Source: Eledone cirrhosa (taxonomy: Eukaryota). From it: a DNA stretch of 64,000 bases. The stretch spans positions 48,980,001-49,044,000 of the forward strand of contig OZ024740.1 of assembly GCA_964016885.1 (NCBI GenBank), read 5' to 3'. The notes below the pieces were generated by a model that was given only the letters and a program-made list of their open reading frames with translations, was not told the DNA's origin and made no database searches. The first letter of the stretch is position 1. Each line of letters begins with the position of its first letter. Made by a program: the position numbers and the translations under genes. Positions 23,181 to 36,496 of this stretch are shown one piece after another.

Positions 23181-24344
23181 TTGTTGTTTAGCCCCAAGTC
23201 ATTATATTTCTGACTATACACAAACGCAATGGTCTACTGCACAGCATCCATCTATCTCTACCCAATTCCATTCACACAGTATTAGTCAACATGAGGCAAA
23301 GTTAGAAAACCCTCCCCCTAATGTACCATGTAGTGGGATCAAACCCCAAACAAATATCTTAGTCCCACAGCTATGTCTCATCATCATCATCATTGTTTAG
23401 CATGGGTTTATTTTCTTTCCTGGTCGAAATGAATTTATTTTATTAATTGTCATTTGAAAAAAGGCATCACACAATCATATTTGTTCACTCTATAACATTG
23501 TGGCATTATCTTTAAGTAAGAAATCAGTATTGGTGTATTAGAATTGATATAGTGCTGGACTAAATATGTCCTATAGTATTTAGCTTCAATTTCAAGTTCA
23601 AATTCTCCTTAGGTCATCTTGGCTTTAGGTCTTTCTAGAATTGATAAATATTAGGTATGTACTGGGTTGTTTCAATTGACTGCACCCTTGGTGTACAAGT
23701 ACATTGCTTTGTGCAAATGTGAGAAATTATTATGTGAGGGCAGTGAATGGCAAACATTGGTATTTAGTTATAGCCCTTCATTTCTGAATTCATGTCTCAG
23801 CAAGGTTGACCTTCCCCTGCACTACCCCACTACACTATTTGCTGCATTCCTTTCACGGCCTTTCCTGCTTAGAAAGTCCACCTGCTAAATTTCCCCTCCT
23901 TGTCATCTTTTTCCTACAGATGTCAACTTTACCAATATTCAGACATTAACTATATCAATCTCACTCGACTCAGAGGGACTGTGGAGGTCATGGGTACTGC
24001 CCCCCTCACCCACCTTTTTACCCCTTGACTAAATTGTAAAAAAAAAAAAAAATGAAAACAATTCACTTGGGGTTAATAAGTAAATCTGAAAATCTAACAC
24101 CAGATGTTTTGCTATCATTCTCCTATTGATAACACATTAGATAAAAGTGCCCCTTATTTCTGACAGTTCTCTAATGTCACTGAATCAGATACAACCACCG
24201 ATGACCTGTTTTTACTTTATTTCTCATTACTTACATTCTATAATGAAAGTATTTTATTTCTTCATTTCATTTAATCTTCACATTTCAATAATGAAAGTAT
24301 TTATATTCTCAATTATATCTTTGATATCATTCCATACTTAAATT

Positions 24345-24730
24345 TGATGATAGTCATCATTATCGTCATTGTCATCATCATTATCATCATCGTTTTTATG
24401 TCCATGTTTTTCCACACTTGCATGAGTTGGACAGGTCCTTTTCAGCACAGCATCTCTCCACTTGCCACATTCCCTCGTCATCTCCCCTGTGAGTTTCAGT
24501 GATTTGAGATCAGCTCTCATCACCTCTGCCCAGGTCTTTCTTGGTCTACCTCTACTGTGGTTTTCTTCCACTGGGATTTCCTGACACTTCTTCATCCAAC
24601 GATCATCATTGATATGTATCACATATCTGTACCAACACAGTCTTCTTTCTTGCACACTACTTCGGATTCCTCTTAAACCCAATTTCTCCCTCAGATCATC
24701 CAAACTCTGCCATTCTCTCGCATTAAATGC
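24345..24730 (-). mobile_element. RTE 3' fragment
   Basis: LREKLGLRGIRSSVQERRLCWY...RGRPRKTW and a degenerate (GAT)n tail. Confidence 0.85.
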
Positions 24731-26059
24731 ACATCGATAAAAACTGTGTTTGCCAGATGTGTCGGAACCAGACATGGAAGGAACAACTAGTGTTGATGAT
24801 TGACTAAACTCTTGAAGAAAGTGTCCCAGTATGACTGCAGTCCAGTGGCTGAAACCAGTAAAAGAATAGAATGATATATGGATATAAGTATCATTGGTGG
24901 TGCCAGCTCAATTTTGAGCACTGGTTGTTTCTAGATTCAGCTATTATTGTTGTGGACGTAGCTGGACAGCTGTTATCTCTTGAGTAGCTGTTGGTATATA
25001 TTGTACAATAGTTTAGGAGGAAAGTCTGGTTCATTCTTCACTTTCCTTTCATTGTGTTGTTGATCATCATGGAGTCTTTGTTGGTTTTCAAAAGCATTTA
25101 AATATTCAAGGTTTTCAATTTGCGACTGTCTGCTCCCAATCTCTAGACTGATTTCTGCTTGGATTAGAGATAACTTATGATACTTGGATACATCACAAGT
25201 CTTTTGCTCTTTGTCACCCCCCCCCCCCTCCTCCTCCCTAAAATGGTCTATGACAGTCTATCAGTATGTCCTGCATAATTCAAACTATAGTGCAATATGG
25301 TAGCATCAATACTGAGGAGAGAAGCTTTTAAGAAGCCCTAGTTATTTATAATGTAACCATTCTAGTTAATTTGAAGGATATGATGCAATTTCATTTGCTG
25401 AAATCTTTCTAACAGTTTTGAATCTTAACAGTATGGGGTCAAAGTCTCACAAAGTTGAGGGGACAATTGCTTTAAATACCATGGCTTTCATTTTGAGAGT
25501 GATGTGGTTTGTATGAGGCAGCCATGTGTTGTGGGTAGCCTTAATTCTATTATTGATGTCCTTTTCACAAGTACCCTTGTTTGACAAGATAGAACCAAGA
25601 TAAGACAATCAACCAGCAGATTTCATTAAGTAGCTTCCTGTGTCAATGTTATTTGGTGCTGTATATCGAGGTCTTGGCTGGATTATAATCATTGTCTTGT
25701 CATCATTGACTTACATTCTAAAACACTGATATACTTCCATGTATAGGTCTGCTGTTCTTTGAAGATCAGCTTCAATATCTGTCAGTGTTGCATTGTCAAC
25801 TGCATATTTTAGTTGACACCCTGTTGACAGCAGATTTACTAGTGGGCAGATTGTTCTGAAAACTTGTAGTGAACTAGAGTAAAGACTTTAATTTTTAATG
25901 TGATGCAGTCATAGTACTGTTTTCTTTTTTGTAAGAAAGCCTTGCTAATGCAGTTTTATGTGGTACAAGACATAAATTAAACCCATGTAAGAATTTGTTC
26001 TATGACACCTAGGCAAAAGTGTTACAACAGCATCTTCTGATGTACACAGTAGCAATGAC

Positions 26060-27310
26060 TAATCTCTTAGTGGCTGTGGTCACAAGAGCAATTAAAGAGC
26101 TCAAATGTGGCTGGGCCACTAGGGAGGATGAAATTTGGTCTGAGATGTTAAAGGCCTTAAATAGAGAAAGTATTCTCTGGCTGACTCATGTGTGCCAGTT
26201 GGCCTGGATCTTTGAAAAGGCACCGAAGCAATAGCAATCAGGAGTGATAATCCAAATCTTCAAAAAGGGAGACTAGAGAGATTGTTCCAATTATAGAGGG
26301 ATCGCTTTGTTAAACTTCACCGGTAAAGTCTATGCTAAGTGTCTGGCAGAGAGATGTAGGGATATTCTTGAGTCTAAGCTAACTGATGAACAGTGTCGTT
26401 TTTGATCTGGACACAGCACAGCTGATCAAATATTCACACTGCATCAGGTCTTAGAGAAATCGTTGGTGTATTGCCAAGAGGTGTATGCTTGTTTTGTGGA
26501 CCCCAAAAAGGCATATGATTGCATTCCACTGGACCTTTTGTGGAATGTTCTGCAGGAGTATAGGATCAATGGGCAGCTACATGTTGCCCTGATGTGTCTA
26601 CAAATGCCCTAGTATTTGTGTTCGGATAAATTAAAACCATTTAATGTGGGTGTTAGACTTTGCCAAGGGTGCATCATGTCACCTCTTTTCTTCATAATCT
26701 TTATGAACAGGATTTACATGTGCAGCCGAGTTGGAAATGGTATCAAGACTGGTGGGTGTAGGATCAGTTGACTGGAATTTGTAGATGGCATGGTATTATT
26801 TAACTCATCAGAAGATGATCTCTGACATGCACTTGATAGGTTTGATGCTGAGTACTACATGATTGGAATGAAAATCTGTTCTATGAAGACTGAGACATCG
26901 TACCAACCCATATCTATTGTCATGAATCTTTGGTAATATCTGAAATAATACAATCGTGAATACAAACAACCGAAATAGGGTTACTTCGAAGAGTCTTTGG
27001 AGTAACATTACATAATAGATTGCATACCTTGGAGATCGGCGATCACAGCTTTGATACTATGGGCATGTAGTTAGAATATCTAAGAAAATATTTGCTGGAC
27101 AGATTTCATGGGCAAAACCAACTGGCAGCAGACCCAGGGGTATACCCCATACAAGATTGTTGGATAACATTTATCAGCTTGGCTGGTTTCACTTGGAGAT
27201 CCAGCTGGATCAATTGGAGATGGTTGCTTCTAGCAGGAGCCACTGGAAGATATGCTTCAGGACTTTGTCCCCATGACCCTCCCAGGTATAAGTGGGAGAA
27301 GAAAAAGGAT
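26060..27310 (+). mobile_element. Rex3/Expander-like RTE LINE (family B), degenerate
   Basis: EDEIWSEMLKALNRESILWLTHVCQLAW, IFKKGD..NYRGI and LCQGCIMSPLFF; Expander-type C-terminus. Confidence 0.75.
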
Positions 27311-27453
27311 GGGGATGGGGAGGATGATGAGGTGATAGCAGACACCTAGGAAGAAACATTTAGATAATCCACCCTATTCTAACTAAACTTCAGTAACCAT
27401 ACCATCCAAAAGACTTTCCTATCATTCATTGATATTTTGTATTTTCTTTCTAG

Positions 27454-27541
27454 AGTATGATCTTCTCATCAATCCAAAAGATTTCCCAGGTATAAACCAA
27501 GGAGATGTGCTTGAGATTTATAATCCCCAAGTAAATTACAG
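27454..27541 (+). CDS. DEPDC5: DEPDC5 exon 2
   Basis: EYDLLINPKDFPGINQGDVLEIYNPQVNYS (cf. human [21 protein letters not shown]); tag| ... |gtatgt. Confidence 0.93.
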
Positions 27542-27703
27542 GTATGTAATCTATGCACTGTCTAAAATTAATCTCATTTCTTCATATCATTTTGATGTTT
27601 AATACATTTGATATTATATTAATTTATTCTGAAATAATTTTTATAAAATGCAGTTAGAAATATAGTCTTAGTTAATAGTTTAATTTGTTTTATTTTTCTC
27701 CTC

Positions 27704-27880
27704 TTCACACTGGTCGCTGTTGAGATCTCAGGCATACTTGGTTGAGCTCCTCCACTAGATCAGAACATTGGTGGCCTGTCTGAGGAAGGAGCCCTATGAG
27801 GTGGGGTGGCTGTTGCAGCAGGTGTTGCTGGCGATAGTCCACAGGAATGCTTTTGCGGTCATGTCCGTGGGGCGCAACCC
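27704..27880 (+). mobile_element. CRE-clade (restriction-like endonuclease) non-LTR retrotransposon 3' remnant
   Basis: FTLVAVEISGILG, then after a frameshift EPYEVGWLLQQVLLAIVHRNAFAVMS, resembling the F.P.AVET.G...QR.S.A..RGNA motif. Confidence 0.55.
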
Positions 27881-28262
27881 CATTACCGCCGCGCCCTAGA
27901 CCCAGAACCCAACCACCTCCCCCTTCCTTCTCCCTCTCCATTCTGTCTATTGGAACTATGAGATGGTCTACACATGGGATCCCACACACCAGAAAACATT
28001 TCCCCCACTCTGTCTGAACCCACATTACTGGTTACAGTGAATATGAGTTCTACTGTCACCTCATAAATTTCTTTTTCTTATTACCCATCAATTATTTACC
28101 TACTTAACTATTATATCAAATTGAATGTTTAGTACAGCAGCCGCAACATGAAACTGCTTTTTTACATCAGCTTTGTTTGCACATTTGATAACTATTACAT
28201 ACCTGCCTATGACTATTAAGTGTCAAAATAATTTCCATTAAACTAAATATTCTGTTTCACAG

Positions 28263-28312
28263 CCGATTGCTTCTTCAAGTGAATACTTTGACAGAAGACT
28301 TACAGTCTAAAG
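28263..28312 (+). CDS. DEPDC5: DEPDC5 exon 3
   Basis: RLLLQVNTLTEDLQSK (human PLLLQVKSLKEDLQK); cag|...|gtaaat. Confidence 0.93.
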
Positions 28313-28534
28313 GTAAATATTCAATTCATATTTGAAAAAAGAAGTCAAACATTATCTTCAATTTATCATTTATCATATTTTTAAAGTCCTATTTTTCAAA
28401 GCTGACATGAGTTAGAGAAACTGAAAACAACTCCCTTCCTTCCTCTGTCTCACTTGGAAATAAGTTCCAAAAATATTAAAAAAAAAAGAAGGAAATAAAG
28501 TTTTCATAATTAATGTTGTATTTCTTATCTTCAG

Positions 28535-28620
28535 AGTGTATAAGTGTAGAGTCTTCGATTGCTGGGGCTTTCCATTTAAAAACTTACAATGATGTATATG
28601 TCAACAAAGTTGATCCTACG
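28535..28620 (+). CDS. DEPDC5: DEPDC5 exon 4
   Basis: ECISVESSIAGAFHLKTYNDVYVNKVDPT; cag|...|gtaagt. Confidence 0.93.
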
Positions 28621-28726
28621 GTAAGTTGTTAAACTGAAAATATTTATTTGATAACTGTGTTGATAACTTTTCTGAACTGGAAAAGTGCAAAGATAAACTA
28701 AGATTGGTGTTTAGTTAATGTAGTGA

Positions 28727-28845
28727 AGGTGTGTGGCTGAGTGGTTAGAGAATTGGATTTGCAATCTTGAGGTTGTGAGTTCGATTCCTGCACCAGGCGA
28801 TGCGTTATGTCCTTGAGCAAGACACTTTATTTCATGTTGCTCCTT
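28727..28845 (+). mobile_element. tRNA-derived SINE
   Basis: A-box tggctgagtgg, B-box gagttcgattcc, followed by tgtccttgagcaagacact. Confidence 0.75.
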
Positions 28846-28944
28846 CTACTGGAGTTGCAACCGGAAAGACCTACGGAAACATAGTTTCCTCGGTCCGATA
28901 AGACGAAAGTCGATTGATCCTAACGTAGTGTAATGCCAACCCTT

Positions 28945-29370
28945 ACTTATAGTCATGCATCTTGACTAATGACTGAAAGAATACGCTTGTGAATACAAGC
29001 GATTGAAATAGGGTTCCTATGAAGGGTCTTTGGAATAATGTTACTTGATGGAGTTCATAGCTTGGAGATCAAGGAGTTGTTCCAGGAAGAGCCGCTACCT
29101 CTCTGAATTGGGAGATCACAATTCCGATACTATGGACATGTGGTTAGAATGTCTAAGGAAAGAATTGCTGAGCAGATTTTACTGGCAAAACTATCTGGCA
29201 GGTGACCCAGGGGTAGACCCCATGCAAGATGGTTGGATAACATCCATCAGCTTGGTTGGTCTCATTTGGAGATTCAATTGGATGAATTGGAAACAGTTGC
29301 TTCTGATGGGCCACGCTGGAAAGCATGCTTGAAGACCCACGACCCTCCCAAAGAAGAAGAAGGAGAAGAA
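28945..29370 (+). mobile_element. Rex3/Expander-like RTE 3' fragment
   Basis: LDNIHQLGWSHLEIQLDELETVASDGPRW and a (GAA)n-like tail. Confidence 0.75.
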
Positions 29371-30047
29371 AGTACATTCTTTATAACTCAATTATCACCT
29401 CCAAACCTTCTCAGATGAGAAAGTTGACAAGTGGAGTTTATATGGAGTTTCAAAATTTTGGAGCTTAGTTTGTTGTGGAGATACATTGAAGTGAGGGTCA
29501 TGGAGGCAGAGTCCCCAACCACGCCTTCCAGCAGGTTTCATGAGGCATCTGATTATGGAATGAAGAATTAATGTTTAGGAAACAAAATATGCTGAGCTGG
29601 TAGAATAAGGTGAAGCGTGAAGTGCATTATAACAATTGTAGAAATAGTATTGAGAGTTTATAGCATTATAATTGTCTGGGTAAGGTTTTCATTGATAGAG
29701 ATTATATCAATTGGGCAAAGGCTTTTCCTCTGAATGCAGTTTAGGTTTTGTTCACCAGACTATATTGGTAGATCTATAAAAATGAAGAAGCAACAGAAAT
29801 GTAGATTTATGGTTTAGATTGAAATGTAATATTTAGTTTTTCTTTATTTAGAAACAAATTAAAAAATATTAAAGTAAAAGTTTTAAACAATAAAATTTTG
29901 AAAATATCTTTCAGATCAAATATATTTTTTTCCCAAGATATAAAAAGTAACTGTATTTGTTAAATTTCCCTATATCTTGGACAAAAAGTAGTTCATATTT
30001 TTTCAGTGAAAAGTATACTTCTGTATTTGTATTTTCTGTGGTTTTAG

Positions 30048-30131
30048 GAGGTCAGTTTGGACTTGGTGGAGCTCTTGTATAAAGAACAGTATTATAGTCG
30101 GAGTGATATGTGGAGGATGAGAAAAAAACTG
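30048..30131 (+). CDS. DEPDC5: DEPDC5 exon 5
   Basis: [28 protein letters not shown] (human [28 protein letters not shown]). Confidence 0.95.
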
Positions 30132-30230
30132 GTGAGTTTACTGTTTATATTCTTTTTGGTAATTTTGTTGTTAGCTTATGATGTATATATTAATAACAGT
30201 TTTTTTCAATAAATTGTATCTATATTTCAG

Positions 30231-30280
30231 GTGAACACTTGTGCCTATCTGAACAAAAAAATAGAATTTGCAGAGATGAG
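30231..30280 (+). CDS. DEPDC5: DEPDC5 exon 6
   Basis: VNTCAYLNKKIEFAEMR; cag|...|gtgagt. Confidence 0.95.
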
Positions 30281-30894
30281 GTGAGTTTTTTGTATTCATC
30301 TAGGATGAGTGATGTATTGATAAATACAAACCTGGAGACAACATTATTTATTTTTTAAACTTAGTTGCTGAAATCAAAGATTAGAATTCATTTGAAATGG
30401 TAAAAGAATACTTCACAGGTGAAAATGTAAAGCAGTATAACACATCATTTTTCAATGCTTGAATAAGTGGAATGATTCTGTTAGAATACTATATACTGCT
30501 AACCATACAGCTATGAAGTAGGGAATGAAGCCTCAGCTTTGCTCAATTATTGTTGTTGCTTAGCTCTTAGTCAACCCTACTTGAGAAGTCCTATAATCAA
30601 ATTTGATAGAAAACTGGTCATTTTAAAGTGTTCAAAACTTTCCATCATTATTTTATGTAAGAAGTTGTTGCTATGTAAACATCAGTTTACTTATGAAAAA
30701 GTTATTTTACTAAATTTTCCCAAACTTTTTATTATTTTAAAAATTAATTGAAATACATTGGCAGTGTATTTTAAAAGAAATAGGGTAATGAAAAGGTTAA
30801 TGTAATTGAATTGTTTAGGTTCATGGTAATAAATGTTCTATTGAAGATTGTATACTATTGAAATATAATAAAATAACTTAGTTCTACATTTTAG

Positions 30895-30964
30895 GTGTCA
30901 GGTGAGTGAGTTATGGTCAAAAGGGGAACGTGTGACCTGTGGAGTTATTGATGATAACACAAGG
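30895..30964 (+). CDS. DEPDC5: DEPDC5 exon 7
   Basis: CQVSELWSKGERVTCGVIDDNTR; tag|...|gtaaga. Confidence 0.93.
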
Positions 30965-31479
30965 GTAAGAGACTACTATTTTTTTGAAAAATTTAATTAT
31001 TCCATCTTTTTCTTATATATGAAAGCACATAGTCTACTTGTGATAGTTGCTTCACCTGTGTTGTGTTATTAAAATATAACATGACAGAAACAAGGTAAAC
31101 TGAGTTAGCTTTGAAGAAAGGAATACTTTTTACTCAGCATATTGAATAGTTTCTCTTGCCTATCACACAATGGTGTGTGTGTGTATGTATATATAGGAGA
31201 AAGTCACGCTGATATAAAACCTGCGAGTTTGTTTGCCTCCAATGATGTAGACCAGTTCTTCTTTTTGGGTAAATGTAATCAATGTTCAGAGAGTGGGATT
31301 GGCTCTGTGCAAAGCCTTTCCTCACTTAAAAAAAGCTTCAAGCACAGGCATTACTTGATATGTGACACATTTTGTGATGCATGGCATTGCTGGCCATAGG
31401 CAAGTCTCTAGCAGGACTAAAAAGCCACGTCTGTGATGCTCGTGTTTAAGTATCAAATGATGGCATAACTTGAAATCGA

Positions 31480-33358
31480 GTTTGGAACTCCCTCCTCCAC
31501 TGCTGATTTGGTGACCCAGATAACGGAAACTGTCAACTATTTCTGCAGATCTGTCTGGGCATTTGAAGCAGGTAGTATCCTGTGGGCATGGGTGCATATA
31601 AAACTCACTTCTTTGATAGCCTGCCTGTGATCCCACTACATCATTTATATACCTATAGCTAGCATTTGGGACCTAGGATGGAATTTCTATCTACTCCTTT
31701 CTTGCATACTGAGCAAGGTCATTACCCTGAGGGAATCTGGGCCCTGTTTTCATTTCTACATACTAAGACTTTAGTCTTTGACAAATTAACTTTAAGATGT
31801 TTTGATTCTAGGCCATGCTTCCAGGTTTGGAATTTCTTCTCTAATTCAGCCATAGATTCAGCTAATGAGTGTTAGATCATCTGCATAAAGGAATTCACAA
31901 GAGCAGCCAGTCTTAAACTCTTCTGTTATAGCCTGGAGGGCAATAATAAACAAGAGAGGGCTAAGGACGGAGCTCTGATGGACACCTACCTGCAAGCTAA
32001 ATTCTTTACTATAGTCATTGTTAATTCTAACCTTGCTCTACATGGCTTGTACAAACTTCACAAGCCACTCATCTACTCCTATTTTTCTAAAAGCCCACCA
32101 AATAATGGAATGGAGGAGTCTGTCAAAGACTTTCTCTAAGTCAACAAAAGCTAAGTAGAAGGGTTTACCTTTCGCTAGGTACTTCTGTAGTTGCCTCATG
32201 AGGAAGAGAGCATCTGTGGTACTTTTTCCTGGCACAAATCCAAACTGCATTTCATCTAGGTTAACTAGGTCCCTAATCAGTTATGTCATAACTCTTTCTG
32301 TGACCTTCATGACCAGGTCAAACAACTTAATGCCTCTATAGTTTTCTCTGTCTAGAACATCTCCTTTACCCTTATAGCAGTTGACAATGATGCTGCTACG
32401 CCAATCATTGGGTATGATAACCATTTTGTATTATTTGGTTTACAATACAGGTGGCCATGGCGTGACCCATCATCCTAGATGTTTTCATTATCTTGGCAAC
32501 TATCCCTGAAGGTCCAGCTGCTTTGTCTGTCTTCATATCCTGATTGCCTTACCTACTATACTATTGCTAACTTGCACAGCCGGTCCCTCTGTTGGGTAAA
32601 CTTGTGGCAAACTATCTTCATACCATCCATTCTCCTCATTTAGTAGTCTTTCATAGTGGCACTTCCATGCTACCTTCTTTTCAGCATCACATTTCTCCCC
32701 AAAGACTTTACAATTTTCCCTGACACATTGCCTCGCAATCCTGAACACCTCATGCCTTTGGTCCTCGCGTTGCAGAACATGCTTAAATTTTTTATCTTCT
32801 GCTACCCTTCTTGCAAAATACTCTTATCGCCTAGTTTCTCTTCTAGCTTCCTGGTAGTTTTCTCGACTTTCCCCATCCCGCCATTCTTTCCATACCTGTC
32901 TTATGGCCTTAATTGTCTCCTCCCTAGAGACCCCCTCCAAGCACAGATTTTGTTTGTCACCTTAAGTAGGTCATCTTTCAGAAATTCCCACTGCTCCTCT
33001 GTATTGCATTTCTCTATTTGCTCTTTACTGTCAAAAGCATTAAGCAACATACCTCTAAATTTGTTACTGACTGTGGGGTCCTTCAACTTCCACATTCTTC
33101 TCCTCCAGATTGTCTTCTGTTGTGTTCATCTAGTCCTAATGACCCAAAGGTCGCTATTAAGTTATGTTGGGAGGTGCATTCTTCACCAGGGAAGGATTTC
33201 GTATTTACAACTATCACTTTATCTTGTCCTCTGGTAACGATAAAATCTATCTGGCTGGTATGCTCCCCTAATCTATAGGTGACCAAGTGTTTGTCTTGTT
33301 TTTTGAAGTTTGTGTTACAGATAGATAGGTCATTGGCATCACAGAATTCCAGGAACCA
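31480..33358 (-). mobile_element. Degenerate RTE LINE (family A-like)
   Basis: LEFCDANDLSICNTNFKK, SQIDFI, QFGFVPGKSTTDALF and EIVDSFRYLG, with multiple frameshifts. Confidence 0.9.
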
Positions 33359-33511
33359 GAAAAAAAAATATATATAGCCTTTGAATTTGAAAATTGTTAA
33401 ACCCCCTGCCCCATCACCCCAAGAAAACAAAACTTCTCTCTTTTCAGATTATATTTATATTTTGTTTATGTTCTTTTAATAATTTTTTTTTGTATTGCTT
33501 CTCTTTTCTAG

Positions 33512-33652
33512 ATAGTTTTCCGATCTTCTACTGCGGTGGTGCAGATTTTCATTCAAATGAGCTCTGAAATGTGGGATTTTGATGTCCATGGTGACCTTTA
33601 TTTTGAGAAAGCTGTCAATGGATTCCTTACAGATCTCTTTGCTAAATGGAAG
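33512..33652 (+). CDS. DEPDC5: DEPDC5 exon 8 (start of the SABA/IML1 domain)
   Basis: [47 protein letters not shown], a diagnostic DEPDC5/Iml1 motif. Confidence 0.97.
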
Positions 33653-34053
33653 GTTAGTATTGTCATTTTCTGTATTTACAATGTTTTTTATGGAATAGAT
33701 AGATGTTTCAGCTTGCACTTTGGAATTTTAGCCAAGCCAACCCCTGTTGGAGGTTTTTTAGGGAGTCTTACAATCAAGACTCCTGTCTTATCAAGTAATA
33801 TAACAATTCACTTTCTCCATAGGGTATCTACAAATGCAAAGGTTAAGGGTATCCAGCCGTGACTGGATTCTGGAAAATATGCATATTGGATTTAAAACAA
33901 TGAATTTGGATAGTTATAGCTCTGAACTTTTGTCTTCACATCTTCAGTTTAGTAGTTCTAGTATGACAAGGATGCTTGGGAGGTGGTTTGTCTCACACAG
34001 GAGATCTGTTCACTTGCTGTATATGGAGCCATTTTGTTGTGTAGGGCGAGTTT

Positions 34054-34770
34054 AATAATAATAATAATGAAAATATTGTGTACAGTGCTCAGGTGCTCTA
34101 CAACTCATCAAAAAGTGTATGTATAGTACATAGGGTAATGTACAAATGTCAGGAAAATGAACAGTGCATGAGTCATGATATACACACATGTGCATGTGTA
34201 TGGAAGGGGGACATCAGGTGTAGTTTTGGCGAATTTCGGGAAGCATGAGGGTTTTAAAGGATGCAGTGTCTCGGCAGCTAACAACTGACGCAGGCAGTTT
34301 GTTCCATGCTTCAGCAACTCTAAGCGTGAAAAAATGTTTCCGAAAGTCATGGGAGCTGTGCTGTTTTCTGACTTTGTAGGCATGTCCACGTGTGTTAGAC
34401 ACATGGAAATCAAAAAGGTGCTCAGGGTTGTTGTTGGTGAGATGGTTAATAACTTTGTGGGTGTTTACTAAGTCAGTTGCCAGACATCGGAGTTTCAATG
34501 TATCCATGCCCAGGGAAGCAAGGCGTTCAGAGTATGGTAGATGCCTGATAGAGGGTATGCGCTTGGTTTCACGTCTCTGAACAGTTTCCAGGAGGTCAAT
34601 GTTCTGAGCAAGATAGGGGTTCCAGACTGGTGATGTGAATTTCAAGTGTGGTTGTACCATAGCTGTATACAGCTTTAAATAGATGGCTGGAGAGCGGCTA
34701 ACAAAGGTCTTGCTGAGTGATGCCAAGACACCCTTGGCCTTCTTGACAATTTTACCGTCTCTCGTTATTT
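34054..34770 (-). mobile_element. CR1-clade LINE 3' fragment
   Basis: ORF 34214-34780 is highly similar to the C-terminal half of ORF 491-1582, with the same 3' end and (ATT)n tail. Confidence 0.9.
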
Positions 34771-34779
34771 GGTTTGTCA

Positions 34780-35799
34780 TTAATTAGTGTTTATCATCCC
34801 TGTAGTTAATTAATATTTATCTTGTCTGTAGTTAATTAATTAATATTTATCATGTCTAGTTAATTAGTGTTTATCTTGTCTGTAGTTAATTAATATTTAT
34901 CATGTCTGTAGTTAATTAGCGTTTATCTTGTCTGTAGTTAATTAGTGTTCATTTTGACTGTAGTTAATTAATATTTATCTTGTCTGTATTGAATTAGTGT
35001 TTATCCTATCTGTAGTTAATTAATATTTATCTTGTCTGTAGTTAATTAATATTTATTATATCTGTAGTTAATTAGTATTTATCTTGACTGTAGTTAATTA
35101 GTGTTTATCTTGTCTATAGTTAATTAGTATTTATCTTGTCTATAGTTAATTAGTATTTATCTTGACTAGTTAATTAGTATTTATCTTGTCTATAGTTAAT
35201 TAGTATTTATCTTGACTAGTTAATTAGTATTTATCTTGTCTATAGTTAATTAGTATTTATCTTGACTGTAGTTAGTTAGTGTTTATCTTCATCATCATCA
35301 TCACCGTTTTACGTCCGTTCTTCCACGCTAGTATGGGTTAGACGGGTTGTCCTGTTGTGGGCAGTGTCTGGTCGGCTGACCATGCCTTGCTCATAGGAAC
35401 TGATTTGGCTTGATTTCTACAGCTGGATGCCCTTCCTAACACCAACCTCATTTACAGTGAGTGCTGGGTGCTTTTTCGTGGCGCCTACACGTCCACTTTA
35501 CAGTGTGGGCTGGGTGCTTTTTTGCCGTGGCACCTCCACGACCACCTTGCAGTGGGAGGGTGTGGGGACATATTGTCTATATGCTTCAGCTTGTACCCAT
35601 GGGAGGTCGGGTACTCTTGTCTATAGTTAATTAGTATTTATCTTGACTGTAGTTAATTAGTGCCATCTTGTCTATAAGTTAATTAGTATTTATCTTGTCT
35701 ATAAGTTAATTAGTATTTATCTTGACTGTAGTTAATTAGTATTTATCTTGACTGTAGTTAATTAGTGCCATCATGTCTGTAGTTAATTAGTGCCATCAT
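34780..35799. repeat. 26-bp AT-rich minisatellite interrupted by RTE insertions
   Basis: Unit ~tagttaattagtatttatcttgtctg. Confidence 0.95.
35290..35615 (-). mobile_element. Short RTE 3'-UTR copy inserted in the minisatellite
   Basis: (ATC)n tail plus 3'-UTR modules; the satellite resumes afterwards. Confidence 0.85.
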
Positions 35800-36496
35800 C
35801 ATCATCATCATCATCAACGTTTAACGTCCGTGTTCCACGCTTGCATGGGTTTGGACGGGGGTAGTCCCACTTGAGGCAAGAGTGATTGTCTTGCTCGCAT
35901 AGGACTGTCTGGCAGGTTTTCTACAGTTGGATGCCCTTCCTAACACCAACCACATTTACAGTGTGGGTCTGGGAGGTTTTTACCGTGTTGCCTACACGGC
36001 CACATTACAGCGTGGACTGTGTGTTTTTTTTGTCGTGACACCTACACGATCTCATTTGTTTCGGCCTGGATGGCGCGGCACCAACATAACTTTACATAGA
36101 ACGGGGTGGTGTGGATGGGGTGGGGGTGGCGGCGGGAGGGGTGTATTTTGTTAGAGATGCCTACTGGCAAGGCGGGTCTTCTCTGTTACTGAGTACCGCC
36201 AAAGGTCACGGTCCAGTGACATTGTCTTGGAGAGGTGTAAGTGTGTGAGGTCGGAGTTTATCAGCTCATCCCATGTTTTTCTAGGTCTGCCTATTCCGTG
36301 GCTACCGTCTATCTTTATTGCCCTGCACTTTGTAATACAGCTATCGACTTTCATGCGCATCACGTGTCCATACCAACGCAGCCTTCTCTCGAGTAAACAA
36401 CATCTGATCCCTCTTATCTCTAATTTTTTCCTTAGTTCGTTTATGCTTTGCCGTTCACGTATATTACTGTTACACATCCAGCGGAGCATGCAAGCT
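35800..36496 (-). mobile_element. RTE family A 3' fragment with a 7-bp TSD
   Basis: ORF 36151-36489; ccatcat at 35793-35799 and 36497-36503. Confidence 0.92.

Noticed and set aside
28727-28800. tRNA gene
   Set aside because: A/B boxes are present but the cloverleaf is poor and it runs into a SINE body.
28893-28920. Hammerhead-like ccgataa-gac-gaaa-gtc-gatt
   Set aside because: At least four core positions deviate and there is no UH site; kept only as a generic structured segment.
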